32,000 bases of DNA, taken from positions 1,650,001-1,682,000 of the forward strand of contig NZ_CP065936.1 of the NCBI RefSeq assembly GCF_003367075.2, read 5' to 3'. Source of the stretch: Cylindrospermopsis raciborskii Cr2010. GTDB lineage: Bacteria; Cyanobacteriota; Cyanobacteriia; Cyanobacteriales; Nostocaceae. Below are positions 10,469 to 19,614 of this stretch, one piece after another. The notes under the pieces are model-generated. The model did not search any database, was not told the DNA's origin, and saw nothing but the letters and a program-made list of their open reading frames with translations. The stretch's first letter is position 1. Every line of letters starts with the position of its first letter. The position numbers were made by a program, and so were the translations under genes.

Positions 10469-12190
10469 CTAAATTCCCTCAGATTTCCACCAACGATCAT
10501 CTTGGATCATTGTGTGCACTTGCCATTCATTAACCGCTTCTGGATAGTCTGAACGATAATGCCCACCTCGACTTTCTTTCCTAAAAGCAGCACTTTTAAG
10601 AATTAAATAAGCTACATCTAATAAATTTTGGGTTTCTGCCCATAGACGTAATAACTGGTTGATATCGGAATAATTAAATTTAGCCGCTGTTCCACCAGGT
10701 AAGGTTTTTAAAAACTGACTCAAAGGTAAACTGGCAAATTCCCCTTGCCAAAATACAACCTGGGCGATCGCCCGGTCTAGACTTACTTGTTCTCGACAAA
10801 TACCCGCACTTTGCCAAACTAGTCGGGGCAAATTTTCTCTCATACTTTCTAATACTGATTTTTGGCTTTCCCACTCGGTTAAATTACATTCCCAGGAACT
10901 GGGATGTAAATTGGATGGTACTACCGATGGCAATTTCAAATCAGCCATCTGTGCCCCAAACACTATACATTCTAGTAGGGAATTACTGGCCAGACGATTG
11001 GCACCATGAACACCAGTACTAGCAGTTTCCCCCACAGCATATAAACCGGGAATGGAAGTGCAATTTTCTAAATTCGTGAGAATACCACCCATCCAATAAT
11101 GAGCTGCGGGAGATACGGGAATAGGTTGATTAAATACATCTATGGACCAATACTGACAAACTTTAATAATATTAGGAAACCTTTGGCGGATTCTATCCGA
11201 ACCTATGGGACGCATATCTAACCAAACATGGGCAGTGGCTAAATCCTTGGTGGTACGTTGTAGATGACTAAAGATAGCTCTGCTGACCACATCTCTGGGT
11301 GCTAGTTCACCTGCGGGATGATAATCAAACGCAAAACGTCGTCCCTGATCATCAATTAAGTGGGCTCCCTCTCCCCTTACAGCTTCACTAATTAAAAACC
11401 TTCCTGGTTTTATTAAAGCGGTAGGATGAAATTGCACAAATTCTGGATCGCGAATAATCGCACCCGAGCGCCAAGCTATGGCCACCCCATCACCTGTGCT
11501 CACTGCTGGATTAGTAGTTTGAGCAAATACTTGACCTCCACCACCTGTGGCTAAAACTACTGCACCCGCTCTTAACCAAGTTACTTCTCCTTCATAAAAC
11601 AGACTAATTCCCTGACAGTGTCCAGTTTTTGCATCTAACCAGATAGAAAGGGCTAAAGCCTGTTGAATTACTTGAATATTTGGACGACATAATACTTGAT
11701 TTGCTAGGGTGGTAGTTACTTCCCTACCTGTAGTATCTGCTGCATGGAGCACTCGATGACGAGAATGAGCAGCTTCTAAGGTTAAGGCTAGGGTTGTACC
11801 ATGACGATCAAAGGCCACACCTAAATTTAATAAAGCCTGAATGCAATCGGGAGCTTTATGAGCTAAGAATTCTACCGATTTAATATCACATAAACCTGCA
11901 CCAGCTTTTAAGGTGTCCTCAATATGGAGTTTTGGTGAATCCTCTGGGGATATGGCAGCAGCAATACCACCCTGAGCCCAATCACTAGCAGATAGGGTAA
12001 GGTTTTCTTTAGTAATTAAGCCAACTCGTAAAGATGCAGGTAAACATAAAGCTGTATATAGTCCAGCAGCACCAGCACCTACCACTAGTACATCAAATGT
12101 CTGATTGATATCTATTTCAGTCAAGGTTAAGGTATATGGGTATAAACAAGGAATCAGAAAACGGGAGATTAGGGGGAGAAAATTTTTCAC
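10469..12190 (-). CDS. nadB: L-aspartate oxidase NadB
   Basis: Has the FAD-binding motif DVLVVGAGAAGL and the C-terminal SRGGHYRSDYP motif. The true start may be an in-frame TTG at 12124 (MTEIDINQTFDVLVVG). The N-terminal 22 aa of the track ORF look non-homologous. Confidence 0.92.
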   Translation of the reverse strand: MKNFLPLISRFLIPCLYPYTLTLTEIDINQTFDVLVVGAGAAGLYTALCLPASLRVGLITKENLTLSASDWAQGGIAAAISPEDSPKLHIEDTLKAGAGLCDIKSVEFLAHKAPDCIQALLNLGVAFDRHGTTLALTLEAAHSRHRVLHAADTTGREVTTTLANQVLCRPNIQVIQQALALSIWLDAKTGHCQGISLFYEGEVTWLRAGAVVLATGGGGQVFAQTTNPAVSTGDGVAIAWRSGAIIRDPEFVQFHPTALIKPGRFLISEAVRGEGAHLIDDQGRRFAFDYHPAGELAPRDVVSRAIFSHLQRTTKDLATAHVWLDMRPIGSDRIRQRFPNIIKVCQYWSIDVFNQPIPVSPAAHYWMGGILTNLENCTSIPGLYAVGETASTGVHGANRLASNSLLECIVFGAQMADLKLPSVVPSNLHPSSWECNLTEWESQKSVLESMRENLPRLVWQSAGICREQVSLDRAIAQVVFWQGEFASLPLSQFLKTLPGGTAAKFNYSDINQLLRLWAETQNLLDVAYLILKSAAFRKESRGGHYRSDYPEAVNEWQVHTMIQDDRWWKSEGI

Positions 12191-12216
12191 CCCTCCTCAC
12201 CCATTAGGTATTTGTC

Positions 12217-12669
12217 TTATCTGTAAATACCGTTGTTAATACGATCATCGCCTTCGTTGAATTCAGCATCGTATTTTGTTACGGTAAATTGACTTAAATT
12301 ATTTTGTAGAAGTTGTTTCTGGCGATCGCTCAAACCTTTAATTTCCAACACGTCTTCTACCTTAACATAAGGAGCATTAGCAATGATTTTTTTAGCCAGA
12401 ACCGGATAAAACCCTCTGATCCCCTGAAATCGGGCAATGTTGGTATTATTCAGGTCTATTTTTTTACCAAAATCCGTTGCTAGTTTCTGATCAGCTTTAT
12501 TTTGCCGAGCAATTGCCAAAATTGGCGTTTGGGGTAGGTTAACACGGCTAAAATCCCAAGCTTGAGCTGTTTGGGTTGTTCCTAACCATCCCCAGCATCC
12601 GAGTAACAAACTAAAAACTGTTAATAAACGCACTAATCCTTTCACAATTTTCTTTCCTCTTTCCATCAA
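12217..12669 (-). CDS. psbU: Photosystem II 12 kDa extrinsic protein PsbU
   Basis: A signal peptide is followed by the PsbU core (IDLNNTNIARF...YPVLAKKII.NAPY..VEDVL.I.GLS..QK). Confidence 0.9.
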   Translation of the reverse strand: MMERGKKIVKGLVRLLTVFSLLLGCWGWLGTTQTAQAWDFSRVNLPQTPILAIARQNKADQKLATDFGKKIDLNNTNIARFQGIRGFYPVLAKKIIANAPYVKVEDVLEIKGLSDRQKQLLQNNLSQFTVTKYDAEFNEGDDRINNGIYR

Positions 12670-12804
12670 ACAAAAATCAACTCTTTTAACTACGGGTAGT
12701 CCGCTCTCATTCCACTGAGGGAATGTTTGTAGGAGTCAAAAACTACTATACAACTTCTGATTGACACTCTATGACTTAGCTGCTCTCCCATGGTTAAGAA
12801 TTTT

Positions 12805-13560
12805 GGCGTTGCATAATAGAGGTATGAATTGAGGTAATCTACTGTGCATTGTCCAAACTGCGGGTCTTCCAAAATCAGAAAGAATGGCAAACGTCGAGGT
12901 AAACAAAATCACATTTGTGTTGATTGTGGTCGTCAATTTATCGATGTCTATAGTCCACCTAAAGGCTATTCAGAAGAAGTTAAACAAAGTTGCCTGCGCT
13001 CTTATGTTAACGGTATGGGATTTAGAGCAATTGAACGCGATAAAGGCGTTCATCATACAACTATTATTTACTGGCTAAAACAAATTGGTTCCATACTTCC
13101 AGATGCTCCACCAGTTGAGGAAACACCCTTGGTAGGTGAGCTTGATGAGTTGGAGACCTTTGTGGGATCAAAAAAAAACAAAATATGGTTGTGGACAGCA
13201 GTAAATCACTTCCGTAAAAATATCCTGGCTTGGGTTGTGGGAGACCACAGCTCACAAGCATTTCAACCTTTGTGGGACATCGTTAAACTCTGGCAATGCT
13301 TTTTTTATGTTACTGATGGGTGGAGGGTTTATCCGAGTTTTATTCAGCCAGAGGATCATATTGTGAGCAAAACATATATGACTAGGGTAGAGGGTGAAAA
13401 TACACGTTTACGTCACTACTTAGCGCGACTACATAGAAAAACGCTATGCTATTCAAAATCTGTAGATATGCTTAGGTATTCAATTAAATTATTACTTCAC
13501 TATTTAAAGTATGAAGTAATACCCGCGTTTAGTTGATTCATCCCGCAAATATGCAACGCC
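12805..13560 (+). mobile_element. IS1-family insertion sequence, copy A (756 bp)
   Basis: Imperfect terminal inverted repeats are GGCGTTGCATAATAGAGGTATGAAT at the left end and, read inward from the right end, GGCGTTGCATATTTGCGGGATGAAT. The first 11 nt are identical. The element is flanked by the direct 8-bp TSD AGAATTTT (12797-12804 and 13561-13568). Where I compared it by eye, it is identical to copy B. Confidence 0.92.
12844..13536 (+). CDS. IS1-family transposase (single fused InsAB-like ORF, GTG start)
   Basis: Has the N-terminal zinc ribbon CPNCGSS...CVDCGRQF. IS1 InsB-like motifs are present: DELETFVGSKK, TDGW..Y, RLRHYLARLHRKTLCYSKSV. The 230-aa translation is identical to the ORF at 18883..19575. 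Confidence 0.92.
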   Translation: MHCPNCGSSKIRKNGKRRGKQNHICVDCGRQFIDVYSPPKGYSEEVKQSCLRSYVNGMGFRAIERDKGVHHTTIIYWLKQIGSILPDAPPVEETPLVGELDELETFVGSKKNKIWLWTAVNHFRKNILAWVVGDHSSQAFQPLWDIVKLWQCFFYVTDGWRVYPSFIQPEDHIVSKTYMTRVEGENTRLRHYLARLHRKTLCYSKSVDMLRYSIKLLLHYLKYEVIPAFS

Positions 13561-14346
13561 AGAATTTTTAGCCAGAATCGCAGCTACTAGAAATAGACTG
13601 TCTACTAGGATTGTACTCAAAACTGCTCCACTAAATGCATACCAATGCTTTTGTTTATTTTTTAATGGTAGTAAACCAGCAATTAATAGTGATAGAGCTA
13701 AAACTATAGCCCAGCCTTGTCCCCAGGGAGTTTGTACTTGTAATAAGGCATTTTTAAATATTTGTGATACTCCTAGAACATCAGTTTGCATAATTTGCCG
13801 CCAATAGGGCATTAGGTCTACTAGGTAGAAATATACATCTGTTAGGACTGTACCAAATAGAGAGCCAAGATAAAACCAGTTACCGATTTTACCCCAATTT
13901 CTGTGTAAACACCAAAGGGCCATGGGTAGACATATGGATTCTATGGGTAAGTGCCACAGTGGTTCCCACCGTAACCAACCCCAGTAAATTGCCCCTGTTA
14001 ACCAGGTAAGACTAAATCCTAAGAGTAAATCACCCCAAATATAAGTTTTTTCATTCGACATTAATTGTAAACTTAACCACACCCACAATCCAGTAATGGC
14101 TAGACTTATAGTCGGTAAAGATCGCACTAAAGGTGCCTCTATAAATACCGGTACGGATATTAAAAACACCGCAGCTCCAAATATTAACCAACTTTGACTG
14201 ATGGCGATCGCTTTCGGTAAGGCGGGTAATAAGAACAGAGGAGAATGGAACTCATCCATACTTATGGCCTTGCTCTCGGAGGTATGTAAATCATTTTTAA
14301 TAGAGGAGTTCACAGTTTTGTAGGATGAGAGTGTGTTATTAATCAA
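13504..14346 (-). CDS. Conserved multi-pass membrane protein (possibly DUF3120-like), C-terminus altered by IS insertion
   Basis: The protein has about 6-7 hydrophobic helices and is Trp-rich. The last 18 codons (GVAYLRDESTKRGYYFIL) are read from the IS right inverted repeat. The native stop TAA now lies at 12794-12796 on the far side of the IS. The family name is a guess from memory. Confidence 0.7.
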   Translation of the reverse strand: MINNTLSSYKTVNSSIKNDLHTSESKAISMDEFHSPLFLLPALPKAIAISQSWLIFGAAVFLISVPVFIEAPLVRSLPTISLAITGLWVWLSLQLMSNEKTYIWGDLLLGFSLTWLTGAIYWGWLRWEPLWHLPIESICLPMALWCLHRNWGKIGNWFYLGSLFGTVLTDVYFYLVDLMPYWRQIMQTDVLGVSQIFKNALLQVQTPWGQGWAIVLALSLLIAGLLPLKNKQKHWYAFSGAVLSTILVDSLFLVAAILAKNSGVAYLRDESTKRGYYFIL

Positions 14347-14377
14347 AGTTTTTAATATTTGTTACTAAACTTTATCT

Positions 14378-14400
14378 TTTTACAGTATCACACTGTAAAA
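14378..14400. promoter_or_regulatory. Perfect palindrome TTTTACAGT-N5-ACTGTAAAA in a divergent promoter region
   Basis: It has 9-bp perfect arms with the 5-nt spacer ATCAC. It lies between the membrane-protein start (14346, minus strand) and the uppP start (14516, plus strand). It could be an operator or an RNA hairpin. Confidence 0.3.
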
Positions 14401-14515
14401 TCCCCCCCAGGGGTATTTTGATCATAAAGCACAAGGCGCAAAAAATGAACTGTTAGGTTGGACAACTTGAGAATAACTTGCTAGGATATGTCATCGTATC
14501 AAGCGAGTCTAATTC

Positions 14516-15421
14516 ATGATCACAATCTTAGGAACAGCTAATGAGTTACTATTATCACCAATGCTTGCTGTGGCTGAGAACGGCAATCAAGCTAATCTAG
14601 AGTGGTTACAAGCGTTTATTTTAGGTATAGTCCAAGGTATTACCGAATTTTTACCGATTAGTAGTACAGCTCACTTATTAATTTTTACTAAAGTATTTGG
14701 TTGGAAAGAGTTAGGGGCTAAAGACTTTGTTGATGCGATTCAATTTGGCAGTGTGGTGGCAATCTTATTGTATTTTCGGTCATTGATTGCCAGTATTATT
14801 CAAGGAGCAGTGGAAGGGTTTAAGGATAAGGACTGGCAAAGGGAAGAGTGGAAAATTGTAATAGGTATTGCTGTTGGAACCATACCAGCACTAGTTCTTG
14901 GTTTTTTGTTAAAGGACATTTTGCCCGAAAGCGCCCTAATTATTGGTACAATGTCAGTAGTCATGGCTATTTTATTGGGATTGGCTGAAAAAATTGGCGA
15001 TCGCAAGCGGGGATTTGATCATTTGCAAATTCGAGATGGTATTTTAGTAGGGATAGGACAATCCCTAGCCTTAATTCCTGGGGTTTCTCGTTCTGGTTCC
15101 ACATTGACCACAGCCTTGTTTTTAGGACTAGAAAGAGACACAGCAGCAAAATTTTCATTTTTATTAGGTTTTCCCACCTTGACCATAGCCACCTTATACA
15201 AGAGCTTAAAAATATTTCATCTCTTTCAAGAGGGGCAATTACCAGAGAATATAGTTTTGTTATTGGTTATAGGAATTATCTCGACCTTTATTTTTTCGTA
15301 CCTGTCAATTGCATTTTTAATTCGTTATTTACAAACTAAAGACACTTTTATCTTTGTTTGGTATAGACTAGCTTTTGGCGGAGCAATTTTATTGGCACTT
15401 GCTAATGGTTGGCAGGGGTGA
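14516..15421 (+). CDS. uppP: Undecaprenyl-diphosphate phosphatase UppP/BacA
   Basis: Carries the signature motifs GITEFLPISSTAHL and PGVSRSGST. It is a polytopic membrane protein. The true start may be an internal Met (MLAVAEN...). Confidence 0.9.
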   Translation: MITILGTANELLLSPMLAVAENGNQANLEWLQAFILGIVQGITEFLPISSTAHLLIFTKVFGWKELGAKDFVDAIQFGSVVAILLYFRSLIASIIQGAVEGFKDKDWQREEWKIVIGIAVGTIPALVLGFLLKDILPESALIIGTMSVVMAILLGLAEKIGDRKRGFDHLQIRDGILVGIGQSLALIPGVSRSGSTLTTALFLGLERDTAAKFSFLLGFPTLTIATLYKSLKIFHLFQEGQLPENIVLLLVIGIISTFIFSYLSIAFLIRYLQTKDTFIFVWYRLAFGGAILLALANGWQG

Positions 15422-15464
15422 TGAAAACTGAGATTAGTCTAAAATAAAGCTGTTAAAAATTATC

Positions 15465-16829
15465 ATGTCTGAGATTAAACCGGCAAAAATTACCAGTGTT
15501 ATACCCGAATCCATTGCTGCTGAGGTTGGATTTGAAGCAGGTGATGCCATTGTGAGCATTAACGGAATCAAACCCCGCGACTTAATAGATTATCAGTTTT
15601 TGTGTGCAGATGAAATTTTAGAAATAGAAGTATTAGATAAACATGGTAAAATTCATCAAGTTGAAATTGAGAAAGACTACGACCAAGACCTAGGAATAGA
15701 ATTTGGCACAGCTTTATTTGATAACTTAATTCAATGTAATAATCGCTGTCCCTTTTGTTTTATTGACCAGCAACCACCTGGTAAACGCTCCAGCTTATAT
15801 TTAAAGGATGATGATTATCGTTTAAGTTTCTTGTATGGTTCCTATTTAACCCTGACCAATTTACCTACAAGAGAATGGCAAAGAATTGAGCAAATGAGAC
15901 TATCACCCTTATATATTTCAGTTCATGCAACAGAACCAGAAATAAGAATTAGACTTTTAAAAAATAGTCGAGCTGGAGAGATTTTAGAGCAAATTAAATG
16001 GTTTCAAGCAAGACGCTTACAAATTCATGCTCAAGTGGTAGTTTGTCCTGGAATTAATGATGGTTCACACCTGGAAAGAACACTAAGAGATTTAGCATCC
16101 TTTTATATGGGGGAAGTACCCACAGTAGCATCAGTAGCAGTAGTTCCTGTGGGTTTAACCAGATTTCGTCCCTCACAGGATGAGTTGATTCCCGTAACCA
16201 GGGAAAAAGCCAGGGAAGTAATAGGTCAGGTAGAAATGCTTGGTCAAGAATTTAAGCAGAAATATGATTCTCGGGTAGTCTGGTTAGCGGATGAATGGTT
16301 TTTAATTGGTGGTGAGGAACTACCAGCACAGGAGGAGTATGAAGAATATCCACAAATAGATAATGGAGTAGGTTCCATAAGATTATTTATGAAGGAATTT
16401 AATCAAGTAGCGAATAAATTACTACCGGCAAAAATTTCTCCTGAGAAAACATTAACTTGGGTAGTGGGAAATGCGGTAGAGAAAGCATTTACACCCCTGG
16501 TTGACAGGTTAAATAAAGTTGAAGGTTTAAGGGTAAATATGGTTGCACTATATAGTGACTATTGGGGACAAAATATCACCGTTACCGGGTTATTAACTGG
16601 ACATGATTTACTCTACCACCTGAAAGGGAAGGATTTAGGTGATGGTTTATTATTGCCCAGCATCATGCTCAAACATGGTGAATTAGTATTTTTGGATGAT
16701 ATGACTGTAGCACAGGTATCTAAGGAATTGGATGTTAGGATATTACCAGTTGCAGGAGTGGAGGATTTAATCAGAGATTTGGGGGAAGTTGGGGGGAATA
16801 TGGATCATACTATCGCCAACTCCAGCTGA
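15465..16829 (+). CDS. PDZ domain / radical-SAM-like DUF512 protein
   Basis: An N-terminal PDZ-like segment is followed by the Cys motif CNNRCPFCF and a long DUF512-type C-terminal region. The last 25 nt overlap the 3' end of the convergent methyltransferase gene. Confidence 0.8.
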   Translation: MSEIKPAKITSVIPESIAAEVGFEAGDAIVSINGIKPRDLIDYQFLCADEILEIEVLDKHGKIHQVEIEKDYDQDLGIEFGTALFDNLIQCNNRCPFCFIDQQPPGKRSSLYLKDDDYRLSFLYGSYLTLTNLPTREWQRIEQMRLSPLYISVHATEPEIRIRLLKNSRAGEILEQIKWFQARRLQIHAQVVVCPGINDGSHLERTLRDLASFYMGEVPTVASVAVVPVGLTRFRPSQDELIPVTREKAREVIGQVEMLGQEFKQKYDSRVVWLADEWFLIGGEELPAQEEYEEYPQIDNGVGSIRLFMKEFNQVANKLLPAKISPEKTLTWVVGNAVEKAFTPLVDRLNKVEGLRVNMVALYSDYWGQNITVTGLLTGHDLLYHLKGKDLGDGLLLPSIMLKHGELVFLDDMTVAQVSKELDVRILPVAGVEDLIRDLGEVGGNMDHTIANSS

Positions 16830-18322
16830 CCATTAGGATTAGATCTCACCACCTGACCCAATGCTAAATATATTTCTAAAACATCTATTTCCCGAGCGAC
16901 AGCTTTCAGGGAGACTCTGCGCAAAATATCTATTGTTATTGGTCGTTTTTCATCCCAAAATATCATTGAATTAAGAAACTCAATAGATGGATCAGAAGTA
17001 ATAAGACTGAAAATAAATTCTGCTTCCCTCTGGGTATCAAAAGACAAAAAATTGACAGTGTCATCTAACATTACCGGTTGATTACCAATAGGTTCAACAA
17101 GACAAAAATTTAGTTTTTTGTAAAGTCCAGATATGGCAATTTTCCAATTTTTAAAGGAATATTCCCCTATACCAAATATAGAATAGGGAGGTTTATTTTT
17201 ATAGATTGAACTCTTTCTAGTTTTTAAAAACTGGTCATGTTCAAGCAGGTACTGCCAAATTTTAGGTGCTTTATCGCGGATAATTATTGTATCTTCACCT
17301 ACTGATTTCTGAGTAACTAAGACAAACTTGTGGTGAGAATCAATTCTACTGTTAGCAATATCAGAACCTTTCAAAAGGGGATACAAATATTCCCTCTCAA
17401 GAAAATATTTATCGCCCATTCCATTGATAAATAACCCATCGTCAACACATTGAAACTCCATTATTTTAGAGCAATCGTGTTTGATCCCAGAACGCCAAGT
17501 ATATCTTAAATCTTGTCCAGATAAATGTTTCCATTTTTCATACTTGGTAGTGTCCCTAACCATTCTCCCATCTCTGTTTCCAATTGAATATATAGTCTGG
17601 TCTGATTGTAGATCTTGATAAATCTTAAAATCACAATTAGTATTGCCACTGTTAGACAAAACGAAAAAGCAAGCATCTACGGATGCTCCAAACAATGTTT
17701 TAGCATCAATCAGATAAATATCAGCAGAAAATCTATTACCGAATTTTGTTATTACCTGATTAATAATTTTCCGAGCGACTGAATACTTACATAAAACTGC
17801 TAAAGTTCCCTCTTTTTTAGTCAGCCATTGGACATGTTTGAGAAGCATCCATTCTGAAATATCAAAATTACTGGAACCGGTGATGGCGTGAATACCTTGA
17901 CGATTTTGAAAGTTTGACTTTGAAGGTAAATTCTTGCTGTTGAGAATAGTTAGCTCACTAGTGGTTACCCAGGGAGGATTGCCAATTACCAAAATAGACC
18001 CCACAAAATCAGCCAAAAAAGCATCCCAATTCATGCTAAAGAAGTCCTGTACACAAAGAGTTACATTCTCTGAATTGGGGTATCTTAATGAGGAGGTTTT
18101 TGCATATTGAATGTGTTCTTCATTAATGTCGAAACCCACAATTTTGGTGTGTTTAAATTCAGTCAAGGAAGCTCTAATAAAGGCTCCTTTTCCGCAAGTA
18201 GGTTCTATAATTAGATCTGGACGAACACCATACTTATCCTTAAGAAGATGGGTTGCACATTTTGCTAGATTGTCAGGTGTTTGAAAATCTCCAAATTCCG
18301 ATTTCTGTGATGACTTAGCCAT
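16805..18322 (-). CDS. Type II N6-adenine DNA methyltransferase (gamma-class, with C-terminal target-recognition region)
   Basis: Has motif X FQTP, motif I EPTCGKGAF and motif IV GNPPW, in the order typical of gamma-class adenine methyltransferases. About 280 aa C-terminal to the catalytic domain probably form the target-recognition domain. The ORF is intact and AT-rich. Confidence 0.85.
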   Translation of the reverse strand: MAKSSQKSEFGDFQTPDNLAKCATHLLKDKYGVRPDLIIEPTCGKGAFIRASLTEFKHTKIVGFDINEEHIQYAKTSSLRYPNSENVTLCVQDFFSMNWDAFLADFVGSILVIGNPPWVTTSELTILNSKNLPSKSNFQNRQGIHAITGSSNFDISEWMLLKHVQWLTKKEGTLAVLCKYSVARKIINQVITKFGNRFSADIYLIDAKTLFGASVDACFFVLSNSGNTNCDFKIYQDLQSDQTIYSIGNRDGRMVRDTTKYEKWKHLSGQDLRYTWRSGIKHDCSKIMEFQCVDDGLFINGMGDKYFLEREYLYPLLKGSDIANSRIDSHHKFVLVTQKSVGEDTIIIRDKAPKIWQYLLEHDQFLKTRKSSIYKNKPPYSIFGIGEYSFKNWKIAISGLYKKLNFCLVEPIGNQPVMLDDTVNFLSFDTQREAEFIFSLITSDPSIEFLNSMIFWDEKRPITIDILRRVSLKAVAREIDVLEIYLALGQVVRSNPNGQLELAIV

Positions 18323-18858
18323 TTTTTAACTATCCAACTCTAATGATACCTGATATATTTCCTGCTTCTTGAATAACACGGTTATATTGCAATCTCCATT
18401 GAAGAGCATTAGAGACTGTCAGGTAGCCCTGATTTGGACTTGATTCCAAAATTCTCTCGGCTAACTGACTTACTACTATGTCATCAACCGGTAAGTTTCT
18501 AGACATCAAAAATGCAATGATATCATCCTTTTTACCATTGTGACTTATTATATCTAATAGTCCTGCAGTTGTTTGGAAATCCGCTGTCCTACTCTTGTCC
18601 AAAAAAATGGTATGCTGTATTTCTAATCTTCCGGTTCTAGTTTGATGATTGTCATATTTAGCATAGACAAAAACAAGAAGATTATATCCCAGCCCAAATA
18701 TCTTTTGGGTAGCAGACTTAAAAGGAAAAGAAGATTGAGGTTGCTTTATACTAGTTGTTTTTATATCAACTTCAAGATCGGGAATATCAATACCCGCAGC
18801 TGAATTACCCCTTTGATAGCTGTAGTTTTCGGATAAATAATCCATGAATTTATGTTCC

Positions 18859-19614
18859 GGCGTTGCATATTTGCGGGATGAATCAACTAAACGCGGGTAT
18901 TACTTCATACTTTAAATAGTGAAGTAATAATTTAATTGAATACCTAAGCATATCTACAGATTTTGAATAGCATAGCGTTTTTCTATGTAGTCGCGCTAAG
19001 TAGTGACGTAAACGTGTATTTTCACCCTCTACCCTAGTCATATATGTTTTGCTCACAATATGATCCTCTGGCTGAATAAAACTCGGATAAACCCTCCACC
19101 CATCAGTAACATAAAAAAAGCATTGCCAGAGTTTAACGATGTCCCACAAAGGTTGAAATGCTTGTGAGCTGTGGTCTCCCACAACCCAAGCCAGGATATT
19201 TTTACGGAAGTGATTTACTGCTGTCCACAACCATATTTTGTTTTTTTTTGATCCCACAAAGGTCTCCAACTCATCAAGCTCACCTACCAAGGGTGTTTCC
19301 TCAACTGGTGGAGCATCTGGAAGTATGGAACCAATTTGTTTTAGCCAGTAAATAATAGTTGTATGATGAACGCCTTTATCGCGTTCAATTGCTCTAAATC
19401 CCATACCGTTAACATAAGAGCGCAGGCAACTTTGTTTAACTTCTTCTGAATAGCCTTTAGGTGGACTATAGACATCGATAAATTGACGACCACAATCAAC
19501 ACAAATGTGATTTTGTTTACCTCGACGTTTGCCATTCTTTCTGATTTTGGAAGACCCGCAGTTTGGACAATGCACAGTAGATTACCTCAATTCATACCTC
19601 TATTATGCAACGCC
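18859..19614 (-). mobile_element. IS1-family insertion sequence, copy B (756 bp, inverted relative to copy A)
   Basis: It has the same terminal repeats as copy A. It is flanked by the direct 8-bp TSD TATGTTCC (18851-18858 and 19615-19622). Confidence 0.92.
18883..19575 (-). CDS. IS1-family transposase (identical to the copy at 12844..13536)
   Basis: The 230-aa translation is identical to copy A. Confidence 0.92.
   Translation of the reverse strand: MHCPNCGSSKIRKNGKRRGKQNHICVDCGRQFIDVYSPPKGYSEEVKQSCLRSYVNGMGFRAIERDKGVHHTTIIYWLKQIGSILPDAPPVEETPLVGELDELETFVGSKKNKIWLWTAVNHFRKNILAWVVGDHSSQAFQPLWDIVKLWQCFFYVTDGWRVYPSFIQPEDHIVSKTYMTRVEGENTRLRHYLARLHRKTLCYSKSVDMLRYSIKLLLHYLKYEVIPAFS

Noticed and set aside
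12690-12890. 66-aa ORF reading out of the IS left end (minus strand), and its counterparts at 19529..19735 and 19483..19683
   Set aside because: These ORFs are chimeric. They start antisense to the transposase 5' end and run across the IS boundary into unrelated flanking DNA. The two copies share only the IS-derived part (MPFFLILEDPQFGQCTVDYLNSYLYYATP). They are most likely non-coding.
12805-19614. Composite transposon formed by the two inverted IS1-family copies carrying uppP, DUF512 and the R-M cassette
   Set aside because: Each IS has its own matching 8-bp TSD (AGAATTTT and TATGTTCC). The outer flanks of the pair do not match each other. This indicates two independent simple insertions, not a single composite transposition. 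The interior also contains core genes in a plausible native context.
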